64,000 bases of DNA from a virus. Below the pieces are notes generated by a model. It searched no databases and had not been told where the DNA came from. It worked only from the letters and a program-made list of their open reading frames with translations. A program made the position numbers and the translations under genes. This document shows positions 51,936 through 61,875 of the stretch, piece after piece (position 1 is the first letter of the stretch; each line of letters opens with the position of its first letter). Location: IMG/VR virus record IMGVR_UViG_3300014137_000003. One strand, given 5' to 3'.

Positions 51936-52184
51936 TTGAAGGAGAAAGACTTTATAAAATCTTTAAAGGAAGTATGTGATGCATTCGAGCATTCTAAATC
52001 TCTATTAAATTCTTTATTAGATAATTTTGATGAAATGCAACTTGAGATGCAGTATTCTCTCCCTTACTCCGAAGATGAGTATGGTATAGTTATTTCAGAA
52101 TATGCTACTTATTCGGTAGATTGCCCTCATAAATTAAAGGAAATTGTTTCTGCCATGAAGGTAGATGGTTTATTGGAGGATTAG
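51936..52184 (+). CDS. hypothetical protein
   Basis: TTG start after an AGGGGTA SD. Confidence 0.5.
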   Translation: MKEKDFIKSLKEVCDAFEHSKSLLNSLLDNFDEMQLEMQYSLPYSEDEYGIVISEYATYSVDCPHKLKEIVSAMKVDGLLED

Positions 52185-52185
52185 T

Positions 52186-53721
52186 ATGTCTTATTTAGAG
52201 AAGCCCCTTAAAGGAATAGACTTTTTTATAGATACTGTTCAAGATTTGAAAAGTATGAAGAAAGAAGATAGACCCCCTGTCTTGGTATATGGAGACCCTG
52301 ACATTGATGGTCTTGTTTCTATGCGTGAATTCTTACTTTTCCTGGAGAAGGAGTTAGAAGATGAGTCAATTCCTTACTATGTAAATAATAATCGCTCTCA
52401 TGGGTTCTTTATCCCTCCCGAGAAGCTTAAGGGGTACTATGTTTTCTGTGTAGATTTCTCTATCGAACAGGATAAGATGGATGAACTTGTAGCTAATGGG
52501 GTTAATATTGTTTCTGTTGATCACCATGAGTGTCAAGAGTCCTTTATTTCTTCTTATGAATATGAAGAAGAGGAAATTAAAGGGGTTATCACAGACTCCG
52601 ACGGTGCTTTTGGTTTTGTTATAAACAACCAGTATCCTTTTGAAGACCCCGAATGGACCTTTCAGTCAGGTATGGGTGTTCTTTATCATTGTATTGGTGA
52701 GTATTATAGACAGGTGTATGACAGTACAGAGTACCTAGACAACAAGACTACACGTGCTTTGGTTGGTCTTACGTTGTTATCCGATGTTCGAAATATTGAA
52801 ATGCCAGAAGCTAGGCAATTCCTTGATGCCTTGTACACTCATCCAAATGAAGGGTATATCGGTTATTTAATTGAGTCCGTTCTTAGTAAGGATTATACCT
52901 TTGGTTTACCTTGCATGGATAGGAACTTTGTAGATTACACTTTCTCGCCCAAGGTAAACTCTCTGTTTAGGTTTAATCGAAAGGACTTGGCTTGTGCGTT
53001 TATCTTGGGGTATGGATATCCTTTAGAAGACTACCAGACACTTCAAAGGGAGTTTGTAGAGTATTTGGAGGGTAATATAACTAAGAAAGAGTACCCAAAT
53101 ATTACTTTTATCGAGATACCATCAACTGGTTTATCCGAAGAGGAGAAGTCTTATGTAACTAATTTTGTAGGTTTATTAGCTAGTAGGTATGTTAGTTCTA
53201 GTAATGTAGTTATTGCCTACTATTCAGATGATGGTGTTTATGGAAGGGCTTCCTTTAGGGGTAGCATCCAAAGTATCGATTTCCGAAGAGAGCTTAATAA
53301 ACTAGGTCTTGACGGAAGAGGTCACGCTAGTGCTTATGGTATTTTAAACTTTCAGCCTAGTGAACAACTCTTTGAGTCTTTAAGTAAAAGGTGTACAGAG
53401 TTGTTTGCGGATGTAAAAGAGGGGGTAATCTTTAGGGATGTACCTCACTTGTCTCTATGGATAAAAACTCCATCTAAGGGGTATAGAACCTCAAAAGAGA
53501 ATTGCTACTTATTAAATCATCATCGTATTTATTTGCATTATACTGGTGATTTTTCACGTATTGAGAAGAAACGTGGAAATGATAGATACTCAATTTACTC
53601 TGTTGATGGTATTGAGGTTAAGTGTTTCAACAATGAGTTAACTTTTGAGAACGGTCTTATTTTGCCCATGCTAGAAAAGGGTAGACCTGTTCTGCAACTA
53701 GCTCGGTTTATCGATGAGTAG
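52186..53721 (+). CDS. DHH-family phosphoesterase (RecJ-like)
   Basis: VLVYGDPDIDGL (DHH motifs I and II) and SVDHHE (motif III). The start is moved to the ATG after GGAGGA. Confidence 0.75.
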   Translation: MSYLEKPLKGIDFFIDTVQDLKSMKKEDRPPVLVYGDPDIDGLVSMREFLLFLEKELEDESIPYYVNNNRSHGFFIPPEKLKGYYVFCVDFSIEQDKMDELVANGVNIVSVDHHECQESFISSYEYEEEEIKGVITDSDGAFGFVINNQYPFEDPEWTFQSGMGVLYHCIGEYYRQVYDSTEYLDNKTTRALVGLTLLSDVRNIEMPEARQFLDALYTHPNEGYIGYLIESVLSKDYTFGLPCMDRNFVDYTFSPKVNSLFRFNRKDLACAFILGYGYPLEDYQTLQREFVEYLEGNITKKEYPNITFIEIPSTGLSEEEKSYVTNFVGLLASRYVSSSNVVIAYYSDDGVYGRASFRGSIQSIDFRRELNKLGLDGRGHASAYGILNFQPSEQLFESLSKRCTELFADVKEGVIFRDVPHLSLWIKTPSKGYRTSKENCYLLNHHRIYLHYTGDFSRIEKKRGNDRYSIYSVDGIEVKCFNNELTFENGLILPMLEKGRPVLQLARFIDE

Positions 53722-53847
53722 CCCTTTGTTAGATTTATTTATATCTGCTCTAGTAATCTCCGAATATAGGAATTTTAAGTTAGGTAAATATGTTTTTAGA
53801 GTAGTTACTACTAAAACTTAAGTTCCTTTTACTTAAAGTTCAGGGTT

Positions 53848-53856
53848 TGTTATAAT
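53848..53856 (+). promoter_or_regulatory. extended -10 promoter (TGTTATAAT + AGTAGTAT)
   Basis: Upstream of 53890. Confidence 0.6.
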
Positions 53857-53889
53857 AGTAGTATCAAAAATATTAGTAGGAGAAAAAAG

Positions 53890-54087
53890 ATGGAGTATCC
53901 AGAACTACAACACCAATTTTATGTGACTTTCCCAGAATTTGTAATGAAGATTGTTTTGGCATTCATTGTGTTTGCTATTATTAAGAGGTTGCTTGAGAGT
54001 AAACGATTTGTTCGAATTCTTTGTCGTTTTGTGCTACTTATTCCAGTTCTACTAGTAGCTATTATTATTCACGTAACGAAACACTAA
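53890..54087 (+). CDS. small membrane protein
   Basis: 65-aa ORF with two hydrophobic helices. Confidence 0.5.
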   Translation: MEYPELQHQFYVTFPEFVMKIVLAFIVFAIIKRLLESKRFVRILCRFVLLIPVLLVAIIIHVTKH

Positions 54088-54096
54088 TCCAGTTAA

Positions 54097-54130
54097 AGGT
54101 TCCAGGGCTTAAAGTCACTGGACCTTTTTT
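54097..54130 (+). terminator. rho-independent terminator
   Basis: AGGTTCCAG / CTGGACCT stem (one bulge) followed by TTTTTT. Confidence 0.7.
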
Positions 54131-54138
54131 AGCTATTT

Positions 54139-54147
54139 TGGTAAAAT
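54139..54147 (+). promoter_or_regulatory. extended -10 promoter (TGGTAAAAT)
   Basis: Upstream of the actin-like gene. Confidence 0.6.
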
Positions 54148-54235
54148 AGAAGTTAAAGAGTTTATATTTTGATTTCTGAGAGTTAGAGTATAGACTTCTA
54201 AAAGTAGTAGTATCTACATAATGGAGGAATTAATT

Positions 54236-55393
54236 ATGCGTGAAGTAAATGCAACCCTTATTGTCGACTTAGGTAATAGCGAGACAAGGGTTATGGTTCA
54301 GTCAGGTCTTGGTAGGAACGGTTTGGTACGCCAGCGTATGTCTTTGGTAAGCAATAAATATGCGTCCTTACGAGAGGGGTACGAAGTTCCAGAAACTTAC
54401 ACAGAAGAGAACTCATCTATTCTAAGAACTAAGGATGGAGAGTTGTTTGCAAATGGATTGCTTGTAGAACGTGAGTTTTCGGTAGCACCTTTACGTCCAA
54501 CAAACTTGGAGAAAAAGCACGAAAGTAAGGTAACTATGATTACAATTCAACGTGCTTTCTTAGAGGGGTATAAATTGCTCTCTCAAATGTACCGAACATC
54601 TATGTCAAACCTTGACGTTACTTGGAAGGTAGTTTATTTGCTACCACCAAATGATATTTCTGAGGGTGCTAAGGTACTGTACGAAAAGATTGTAGGTCTT
54701 AAAACTCTTGAGTTTGTATTGCCTGAGTTTTCTGTTGATTTAAAAATCGAGGGTGCTAAAGTTTACCCAGAAGGGTTTGCAGCCTATATTGGAACTCTTA
54801 TGCGTAAAGGTAAAACTATCAATGAAGAGTTTAAAGGTTTGCTTGAATCAACAACCCTTATTGTTGACATCGGTGCAGGAACTACGGACTTCTTCGTGGT
54901 AGAGGGGATGGACACCATTGACTCTACTAAATCAACAATTCAAATTGGGGGTAACAACGTAACAGCATCTCTACGTCAACGAATGGCGAGTGCAGGTCTT
55001 AGTCTAACTGATAAGGTTATTGAGAAAGGTGTTCGCACTGGATATGTGAAAGATGGTGCTAAAACAATCAAAGTTGTTAAGGCTTTGGTGGCAGCAAAAC
55101 AGGACACTGCAAGCGTTCTTTTGGGTTCCATTATCTCTTATTTGGAAAGTGCTAACTATAACATTCGTACCATTGAAAATCTCCTTGTAGTTGGAGGTGG
55201 TAGTATCCCTAGTGATATCGAGGGTGTTAAGTCTCTGTCTGAGTATGTAGTAGAACGCTTAAAAGATTTTGCTCCTAACATTCAGTTGGTAAACTTGCCT
55301 AAAGAATATAAAGGTGAAGATACTACTGGTGGGGAGTTGAATCCTCGATTGTTAAACATTCTAGGTGCAGGGGTACTAGCAGAAATGGGGTAA
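54236..55393 (+). CDS. actin-like ATPase (ParM/Alp family)
   Basis: Phosphate-1 motif LIVDLGNSETRV, phosphate-2 motif LIVDIGAGTTDF and adenosine motif LLVVGGGS. The start is at the ATG after GGAGGA. Confidence 0.8.
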   Translation: MREVNATLIVDLGNSETRVMVQSGLGRNGLVRQRMSLVSNKYASLREGYEVPETYTEENSSILRTKDGELFANGLLVEREFSVAPLRPTNLEKKHESKVTMITIQRAFLEGYKLLSQMYRTSMSNLDVTWKVVYLLPPNDISEGAKVLYEKIVGLKTLEFVLPEFSVDLKIEGAKVYPEGFAAYIGTLMRKGKTINEEFKGLLESTTLIVDIGAGTTDFFVVEGMDTIDSTKSTIQIGGNNVTASLRQRMASAGLSLTDKVIEKGVRTGYVKDGAKTIKVVKALVAAKQDTASVLLGSIISYLESANYNIRTIENLLVVGGGSIPSDIEGVKSLSEYVVERLKDFAPNIQLVNLPKEYKGEDTTGGELNPRLLNILGAGVLAEMG

Positions 55394-55396
55394 TTT

Positions 55397-57100
55397 ATGT
55401 CATTAGTTGTAATTACTGGTGGACTTAGTAGGGAACAGTTATCTTTTATTGAGGAAGCCGTAAACCAATCGTTTGGTACAGGGGTAGTTACAATAAAAGA
55501 GTATTCTCTAGACGATATTTCCTTGGTAAAAGAATTACGCTTGGGTATTAAGGACTCAAGTGTGATTTCTGTATATCTTGGTAGTTTTTCTAGTGTTAAG
55601 GCACTTGAAAAGTCTCGTTCTATGCTAGAGAATTCGGGCAAGTTCTTGGAGGTCTTGTCTACAGAAGCTCTTGTAGAATACCTCAACAAAGAATATGGGG
55701 TATCTATTGAATATACTCCAGAACCTAGCACTGAGGTTGTTGTTGAGACTGCTCCTAGTATTGATGTTGAAGAAATTGAATCTTTTCGACGTTTACTTAA
55801 GGCTAAGGATGGCACTATTGAAGCTTTGGAGTTGCAGATTGCAGAACAGAAAGAATATTACGAAAAGCTCCTTTCGGGTATTGCTGAGTCTAATAAGGAC
55901 TCTCAAGTTTCTGAGGAAGATTTGTCTGAACTTCAACAACAGATTTCTTCTCTTACTGCAGACAATGAGGCTCTTTCTAAAACTAACAAAACCCTGAAAT
56001 ACGATATAGAAGTTATAAAAGAACAGAAGTCTGAACTTTCTTCTAAGTTTAATAGTGCGGATGCGTTATCTCGTAGTCAGAAAGACCTTATTAAAGAGCT
56101 TAAAGGTAAACTTGCTGATGCTAAAAGTAATCAAGTTGATGTCACCTCATATAAAGAAAGGATTTCTGAGTTAGAGTCTGAGTTGGGAACTTCTAAGGCT
56201 AGGGTTTCTGACTTGAACACCAAGGTTTCTGACTTGCAAGGCTCTGTGGGTGAGAAGGATTCTCGTATTACCGAATTGGAAGGTATTGTAGATAAGAAAG
56301 ACTCTCGTATTGCCGAGTTGGAAGCCAAAGTGGGTAGATTGACTTCTGACCTTGAAGACGAACGAAGAAATGTTACTACTCTTAATAAGCGTTTGATATC
56401 AGGTGGAAGTATGGAACCCCAAGTTATTGAAAAGGAAAACTCTTTCGACTTACCTCAAAGCCTTGAACAGCAGGTATGGGGTAGTTTGTGGGATAGTTCT
56501 CGTATTGGTTTCAAGAATATTACTTTTTTGTTTGCAGGTACTGGCGATTCCCATCGTGAAGCTTATCTCTATGCAGAGAAGAAGTTGTCTTCTACGCCTA
56601 GAGGGGGTATCTTCTATGATTTATCTACAGAGTCTGTTGCCGACTATCGTTTTGGTGTAAGGCGTGGTCATGAAGTAAGTAAATGGTATAAAGACTCTAA
56701 CGAAAACTTGAAGAGTTACTTATCTAAAACTAAGTACCCAGATGTTTATGTGTTAGGTACGTTTAGGGGTAGTCTTAATGAAATGTCTCATTTCACTCTT
56801 GACTTGTATAGTAGGTTAAGTTATTTAGATTCCTTGAATGTAAGTGTTGTAGTTTATGGAGGAGACATTAGTTCTTACTTCGGCAGGAACTTGATGTCGT
56901 CTGCTTTGTATGGTAGTCGTGTAGAAGTAGTTTGTAGGAGTTTAGGGACTTCTGCTAGGTCTATGTATTTTCATTCTCAGTTGGTAGGTGGTTCTTCTAA
57001 GGCTAGATATTACCTAGTCGGTAATTTGGATGATATGTCTAGGAAAGTATTTAAAGTAGCTCGGAGGGATGGCTTTAGTTGGGAGGTGCTAGATGCCTAA
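55397..57100 (+). CDS. coiled-coil protein (candidate partner or adaptor of the actin-like ATPase)
   Basis: 567 aa with a central heptad-rich region and short tandem repeats (VSDLNTKVSDLQ; KDSRITELEG / KDSRIAELEA). The gene starts 4 nt after the stop of the actin-like gene. Confidence 0.7.
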   Translation: MSLVVITGGLSREQLSFIEEAVNQSFGTGVVTIKEYSLDDISLVKELRLGIKDSSVISVYLGSFSSVKALEKSRSMLENSGKFLEVLSTEALVEYLNKEYGVSIEYTPEPSTEVVVETAPSIDVEEIESFRRLLKAKDGTIEALELQIAEQKEYYEKLLSGIAESNKDSQVSEEDLSELQQQISSLTADNEALSKTNKTLKYDIEVIKEQKSELSSKFNSADALSRSQKDLIKELKGKLADAKSNQVDVTSYKERISELESELGTSKARVSDLNTKVSDLQGSVGEKDSRITELEGIVDKKDSRIAELEAKVGRLTSDLEDERRNVTTLNKRLISGGSMEPQVIEKENSFDLPQSLEQQVWGSLWDSSRIGFKNITFLFAGTGDSHREAYLYAEKKLSSTPRGGIFYDLSTESVADYRFGVRRGHEVSKWYKDSNENLKSYLSKTKYPDVYVLGTFRGSLNEMSHFTLDLYSRLSYLDSLNVSVVVYGGDISSYFGRNLMSSALYGSRVEVVCRSLGTSARSMYFHSQLVGGSSKARYYLVGNLDDMSRKVFKVARRDGFSWEVLDA

Positions 57101-57791
57101 GGTTGGTATTATGGCAGATGTGTCATCGGAGGTTTTTGAGGACGTAGTATCACCGGCAAAGTCTGAGAAACGTTTCAATAAGCTAGTCTCTAACTTGCTA
57201 GAGACTTACCACTCTAATGATACAGTGCGTGCAATTGTTGATGGAAAAGCAGAAGAAAGCCATATCCAAGGTCTTTCATTTCTACAAGAACAACTAGCCC
57301 AAGCAACTAACTCGGTAAATACTATGGGTATTTATGGCGATTCTTTGCAGATGTCTTTGGATTCTGCAAAAGAGGAGTTCTCCGATGTAGCTGACACCGA
57401 GAAGAAGGGCAGTGGGGTATCTACGGATAGTGCTGATTTCGAGTTGTTCAAGAAGGAAATCTTAGAGTCACAACAGTCATTTATGGATAGAATGGAATCT
57501 ATGCTATCCTCTGTATTAGGTGGCTCTAATAATGTAACTCCTAATCAAACTGTATCTAAGCCTTTAGAGGATGTAGTTAAGGAAGTTACCCCTAAGGAGA
57601 CTACTTCTAAGAAAGAAGACTCCTTTGCACCTATTGTAAGTTTGCCTAGTACCTTAGGAGGAGACTCAGAAGAAGAATCTTCAAACCTTTTCGAGGTAGT
57701 AGAAGACGATAGTAGCTCTGCTGATGTTAGTGGTACAGACGTCTTAGCAAGTTTAGTAGGTGACAGCAATAGTTTTAGTTTTGGAGGATAG
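57093..57791 (+). CDS. acidic Ser-rich protein
   Basis: 232-aa ORF overlapping the upstream stop. Confidence 0.6.
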   Translation: MPKVGIMADVSSEVFEDVVSPAKSEKRFNKLVSNLLETYHSNDTVRAIVDGKAEESHIQGLSFLQEQLAQATNSVNTMGIYGDSLQMSLDSAKEEFSDVADTEKKGSGVSTDSADFELFKKEILESQQSFMDRMESMLSSVLGGSNNVTPNQTVSKPLEDVVKEVTPKETTSKKEDSFAPIVSLPSTLGGDSEEESSNLFEVVEDDSSSADVSGTDVLASLVGDSNSFSFGG

Positions 57792-57796
57792 AATGA

Positions 57797-59320
57797 ATGG
57801 GTAAGCTCAGTAAAGGTGAACAGCCTACTGGTTTTGTAAAATATAAACAAAAGGTTACTAAGGCAGGTTTCCTTAAGAAGTTTGGCTATCTCCTAGTAGG
57901 AGTAGGGGTATCTTCTGCCTTGGCAGGTGCAGGTATTGTATTCTATAAGACGCAAGTCCAGTACCCAAGTGCTATAAAGGTAGAAGAAAAGAACACTGGT
58001 AGGTATGCCTTAAGCGTTTATCAAAAATATTTGAATGACTACGCTACTAAAGGTTTAGAAAAAACCACAGGCTCTAAATACTTATCTAGCGAAGGTAAAC
58101 TACAGAATGGTAATGACGCTAGGGTTGGTTTCATTAAGTCTGTACTTTCTACTGTTAAGTATGAACCTATGAAAACCAACAAACTGAATAAGTATGGTTC
58201 TGATTACTATGTGTATGGTAGTAAAAATAAGACTGTAAAGGGAGAGTCTTTAGTTAACTTTGGTGAAGCCGTTAAGGTTTCTTATATTGATTACTCTAAA
58301 CTAAATTTCGATGCTAGGGTAGTTAATGACATGATAACTGAAGCAGGAATCAAGCAAACAGACAAGGATTTCGTAGATAAAATTACTGATTTGTTTGCTA
58401 CCTATATTAGTAACAATGTAGATAAGCTACCTATCAAAACGGAATCTAGGGTAGTTACTTTAGACAAGGACGGTAAGGGCTTTAAAGTTAATTCTGAAGA
58501 AGACGAGTACTTAGACAAGTTATTATTCTCTAGTAAGGATTTCTATGACGCCTTAGATAGATTTAGTCTTCTTGCTCAACAAGGTAGCGAAGTTGAATCT
58601 AAAGAACATAAGGACTGGTCTTCTAAGAGTGTGGAAGAACGTGCTAATTATACGGAACCTTATAAGTGGGAGAAGTATAGGTTTATTGGAAAATCTTGGG
58701 TAGGTTTCTACAACATACTAAAGGAAAATAAGCAAGACGCTGACTCTTATGTGTTCCCCAAAGGAGGGGGTACCCTTGATGACCCAGCGGACTTAAACAC
58801 TCCTATCTTAACAAGTGTAATTGTTAAGGGCGAGGACGGTAAAGACAAAGAAATCCCTATCAAGGTTAGTTTGCTTAAGGTTTCTTATGGTAGTGATGCT
58901 ATTAAGGACATTATGAAGGCAGATATCCGAAATCGTGGCTTGGATCCAAATTCTAGTACGAAGTACATTTATACTAAGTGGCGTATTGAGAATCTATCTT
59001 CAGAGTCTATAAGGGTAGACTCTAATAGTGCCTTAGCCGATAAGGAAGGTAATGTTTCTGCTAAGACTGGGGTTATGTATGGTTTAGATGATTATGCTGA
59101 CCTTAAGCCTTACCAGTACACGGAGTTAGAGGACTGGTACTCATCAACAGAGTTAACCGAGAAATATCTTGTATGGGGTAAGGACTTTGATAAGCGTGTT
59201 CCTTTAGTTTGGTTTAAGGCACTTAGGGGTACTGGAGACAAAGTAAAAGTTCCTAACGACCCTATTGAGACTAAGGACATTTCTTCAGTTAAGAACGAGG
59301 AAGGTAAAGAAAAGGATTAA
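57797..59320 (+). CDS. membrane-anchored extracytoplasmic protein
   Basis: Single N-terminal TM helix (FGYLLVGVGVSSALAGAGIVFY) followed by a 450-aa soluble domain. Confidence 0.65.
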   Translation: MGKLSKGEQPTGFVKYKQKVTKAGFLKKFGYLLVGVGVSSALAGAGIVFYKTQVQYPSAIKVEEKNTGRYALSVYQKYLNDYATKGLEKTTGSKYLSSEGKLQNGNDARVGFIKSVLSTVKYEPMKTNKLNKYGSDYYVYGSKNKTVKGESLVNFGEAVKVSYIDYSKLNFDARVVNDMITEAGIKQTDKDFVDKITDLFATYISNNVDKLPIKTESRVVTLDKDGKGFKVNSEEDEYLDKLLFSSKDFYDALDRFSLLAQQGSEVESKEHKDWSSKSVEERANYTEPYKWEKYRFIGKSWVGFYNILKENKQDADSYVFPKGGGTLDDPADLNTPILTSVIVKGEDGKDKEIPIKVSLLKVSYGSDAIKDIMKADIRNRGLDPNSSTKYIYTKWRIENLSSESIRVDSNSALADKEGNVSAKTGVMYGLDDYADLKPYQYTELEDWYSSTELTEKYLVWGKDFDKRVPLVWFKALRGTGDKVKVPNDPIETKDISSVKNEEGKEKD

Positions 59321-59334
59321 ATATCTAGTGAAAG

Positions 59335-59358
59335 GCAACCCAGTGTGGTTGCTTTTTT
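59335..59358 (+). terminator. rho-independent terminator
   Basis: GCAACC-CAGTGT-GGTTGC followed by TTTTTT. Confidence 0.8.
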
Positions 59359-59366
59359 ATTATCCA

Positions 59367-59377
59367 TGGTGTAGAAT
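59367..59377 (+). promoter_or_regulatory. promoter (TGGTGTAGAAT + ATTAGTAG)
   Basis: Lies directly after the terminator. Confidence 0.6.
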
Positions 59378-59407
59378 ATTAGTAGTTATTAGAAAAGGAG
59401 TTAACTT

Positions 59408-60181
59408 ATGTACACGCCAGAAATTTTATTATCAGAATTGCAATCTGCTAACCCAACGCAAAAAGCTATAGATATTGCAAGTATTTTATTCTTAGTAACT
59501 TCCTATACGTACAGGAACTCAGAGTCTCCTTGCGTACAACCAGATAACTATGGAGACATGCAAGACTTTTCTTACATTTCTTTCGACAGAAAACTTCGTA
59601 TTAGAGAAGTCTTTACAAAAGAAGGCAATCGTGTTTTAGTGTTCTCATATTTCAATCCTTTATATGAGAAACATGAAGTGGCTTCTATCAAGTTCAAAGG
59701 GTTTCCTATAGAAGACCGCTATACTCTACCTTTCTCTTACTTATATCAAAAGGAATTACAGATTTGGGAAGATAACGGTCTAGTTCCTTATGCAGATATT
59801 TCAGATATGCTTCGTAAAGCTCCATGTACTCCTAACCAACCAACCTTGCGTAGTGGTGCAGTTGTTTCAGATAAATTCTATAACCGCATTGTATCAGTGG
59901 GTCAGTTAGCAAATATCTTAGGTCATATGCTTGGGGAGTGGGGAGACTTTTACGATATCTCTTCAACAGTTTCGTATATAGAGAAGATGTACGACGACCG
60001 CATTTCTGTTTATGACCTTAAATTGGGAGAATGTGGTGTTATGCCAACATTACCTACTATCGGTGGGGGGGGGGGACAGAAGGTGCAATTGATACAGAGA
60101 CCCTCCCTCATGTTATTGCTTCTTCGAAGCACATTCACTACACCGAAGATGGTAGGTCTGTGGAAATGCTTTGGGACTTAG
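59408..60181 (+). CDS. hypothetical protein interrupted by a G11 tract (frame uncertain after 60075)
   Basis: The ORF reads through 11 consecutive G (60065-60075). The -1 frame downstream (to 60198) looks more protein-like. Confidence 0.5.
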   Translation: MYTPEILLSELQSANPTQKAIDIASILFLVTSYTYRNSESPCVQPDNYGDMQDFSYISFDRKLRIREVFTKEGNRVLVFSYFNPLYEKHEVASIKFKGFPIEDRYTLPFSYLYQKELQIWEDNGLVPYADISDMLRKAPCTPNQPTLRSGAVVSDKFYNRIVSVGQLANILGHMLGEWGDFYDISSTVSYIEKMYDDRISVYDLKLGECGVMPTLPTIGGGGGQKVQLIQRPSLMLLLLRSTFTTPKMVGLWKCFGT

Positions 60182-60223
60182 AACCGAAGGAGGGCTAGGC
60201 TATATAGTAATGTATTGAAGTAG

Positions 60224-60247
60224 GGCAACCAGTTAGGTTGCCTTTTT
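60224..60247 (+). terminator. rho-independent terminator
   Basis: GGCAACC-AGTTA-GGTTGCC followed by TTTTT. Confidence 0.8.
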
Positions 60248-60257
60248 ACTATCATTT

Positions 60258-60266
60258 TGCTAAAAT
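60258..60266 (+). promoter_or_regulatory. extended -10 promoter (TGCTAAAAT + ATTAGTAT)
   Basis: Upstream of 60295. Confidence 0.6.
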
Positions 60267-60294
60267 ATTAGTATAAATATTCGAGGTATATGAA

Positions 60295-61590
60295 ATGAGT
60301 AAAGAATATAAATTAGACCAGTTGAAGAAAGACAAAGTATATAATGAAACACTTTTGTCTCTATGGTCAGGTAGTGCAACTTATCAAGATTTACTGGCGA
60401 CTGCTATGCCAACTATGGGGTATGAGTTACGTCAGCATAATGATTGCTTTATGGATTTGGGACAGAACGAAAAAGAGTCCAATAAAGTAATCCAGTTACA
60501 CGGTAAAAACCAGTCTTTGGTGCTTTGGTACGCTGAGGGGTATGAGGGTGCTGAATATCTTATTTCTATTTTGGTTACTAAGGAGGGAACTACTCTAGAC
60601 TTTAGTCTCTATAATCATGAAAATAAGAAGTTAATGAAGTATCTAGAAGAGTTAACAACCAAAGAATTATACAATGCAGGGGATTCTGTTTTTGATAAGT
60701 TAGCTGAACTAATTACTTCAGAACGTTCTCCTTTGGAAGAGAAGATTGGGTTATTCGATTACACTCTTAATAGTTCTGATTTCCTTAGGATTTTAGGAAT
60801 TCTTAAGAATGACCCTGAAAATACAACTACTGAAATTGAACTGGCTGTAGTTGATATTTATGAACTCTTAAAGGGTGAAAGCAACAAAGAAATTTGTATC
60901 CCCGTAAATGTAGAAGAGGGTGAACCAGAGATTAGTCCTTATCTTCCTAAACTAACTTCTTTTGTTAACCAGTCAGAATCTTTTAGGTACAAAGAACAAG
61001 TTCACTGGTTTGTAAAGCATTATAATGACTCATACTCAGATGGTACTCGTATTATCTTATCTAAAGATTTAAAAGATATTGAAGTCTATGACGATAAGGG
61101 ATTATGTTATCGTGTACCAATTCAAAAAGAAGGAAGTGATTATGACTTCTCTAATACTTTAGGGTTTATTGTTCCTTTAGCAGAGCATGCAAATGAGTTG
61201 TACTCTAGGTTGGGTGACCTTGAAGGGGTTAAATTTATCGATGCTGAAGTACTACCAGATAAAGTTAAACTTTCTTTTGAGAAAACAACTGACTGGAGAT
61301 TTAATAAGAAGGTAACTGGAGCTCTTTACTTCGATTTAAGTCTTTCTCTCCATGGTTTCACTTTCCAAACAGAGCTAAAGGGCGGCTCTGTAACTCTACA
61401 GCTTAAAGATGGTGAAGTTTTAACCTTACCGTACCAACCTATGAAGTTTTCTAAAACTATTGATAGTTATGAAACTGAAGTAGCGGAAAATTTCAACAGG
61501 GGTATGGATTACATGGAAACTGTTACTCTTGAGGACTTACTCCGTAACAATAACCTATTAGCAGACACAGATAAGGGGTGGATGGATTGA
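60295..61590 (+). CDS. hypothetical protein
   Basis: 431-aa ORF. Confidence 0.65.
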   Translation: MSKEYKLDQLKKDKVYNETLLSLWSGSATYQDLLATAMPTMGYELRQHNDCFMDLGQNEKESNKVIQLHGKNQSLVLWYAEGYEGAEYLISILVTKEGTTLDFSLYNHENKKLMKYLEELTTKELYNAGDSVFDKLAELITSERSPLEEKIGLFDYTLNSSDFLRILGILKNDPENTTTEIELAVVDIYELLKGESNKEICIPVNVEEGEPEISPYLPKLTSFVNQSESFRYKEQVHWFVKHYNDSYSDGTRIILSKDLKDIEVYDDKGLCYRVPIQKEGSDYDFSNTLGFIVPLAEHANELYSRLGDLEGVKFIDAEVLPDKVKLSFEKTTDWRFNKKVTGALYFDLSLSLHGFTFQTELKGGSVTLQLKDGEVLTLPYQPMKFSKTIDSYETEVAENFNRGMDYMETVTLEDLLRNNNLLADTDKGWMD

Positions 61591-61835
61591 GTTCTATTAG
61601 ATTATTAGCAGACTTTTGGATTTTAATTATTTCTGTGATTGCTTTTATCTTACAATTTTATTGTTGGAGATACCTAATTAAATCTAGAAAAAACGACTTT
61701 TCGTATTCAGGTCACGATACTGTATGGTTTGAATGTTCTACTTCTAGCTTAATACGGTCTATACTAGGTATAGAAGTAGGGGTAGCTATCTTTGGTGTAT
61801 GTTTTCTATACTTGATGGTTAGGTATTTGCATTAA
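61578..61835 (+). CDS. membrane protein
   Basis: Non-ATG start overlapping the upstream gene. Two hydrophobic helices. Confidence 0.45.
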   Translation: MDGLSSIRLLADFWILIISVIAFILQFYCWRYLIKSRKNDFSYSGHDTVWFECSTSSLIRSILGIEVGVAIFGVCFLYLMVRYLH

Positions 61836-61875
61836 ACTTGTAGTATAGAAGGTTTAAGAAAGAAGGATAAAACTT

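Noticed and set aside
55695-56660. Overlapping + strand ORFs 55695-55997 and 56403-56660.
   Set aside because: They are embedded out of frame in the 567-aa coiled-coil gene. Their Leu- and Arg-rich composition is typical of off-frame reading of a Glu-, Lys- and Leu-rich gene.
59265-59471. 68-aa + strand ORF spanning 59265-59471.
   Set aside because: It crosses a strong terminator and the following promoter, and it overlaps two better ORFs.
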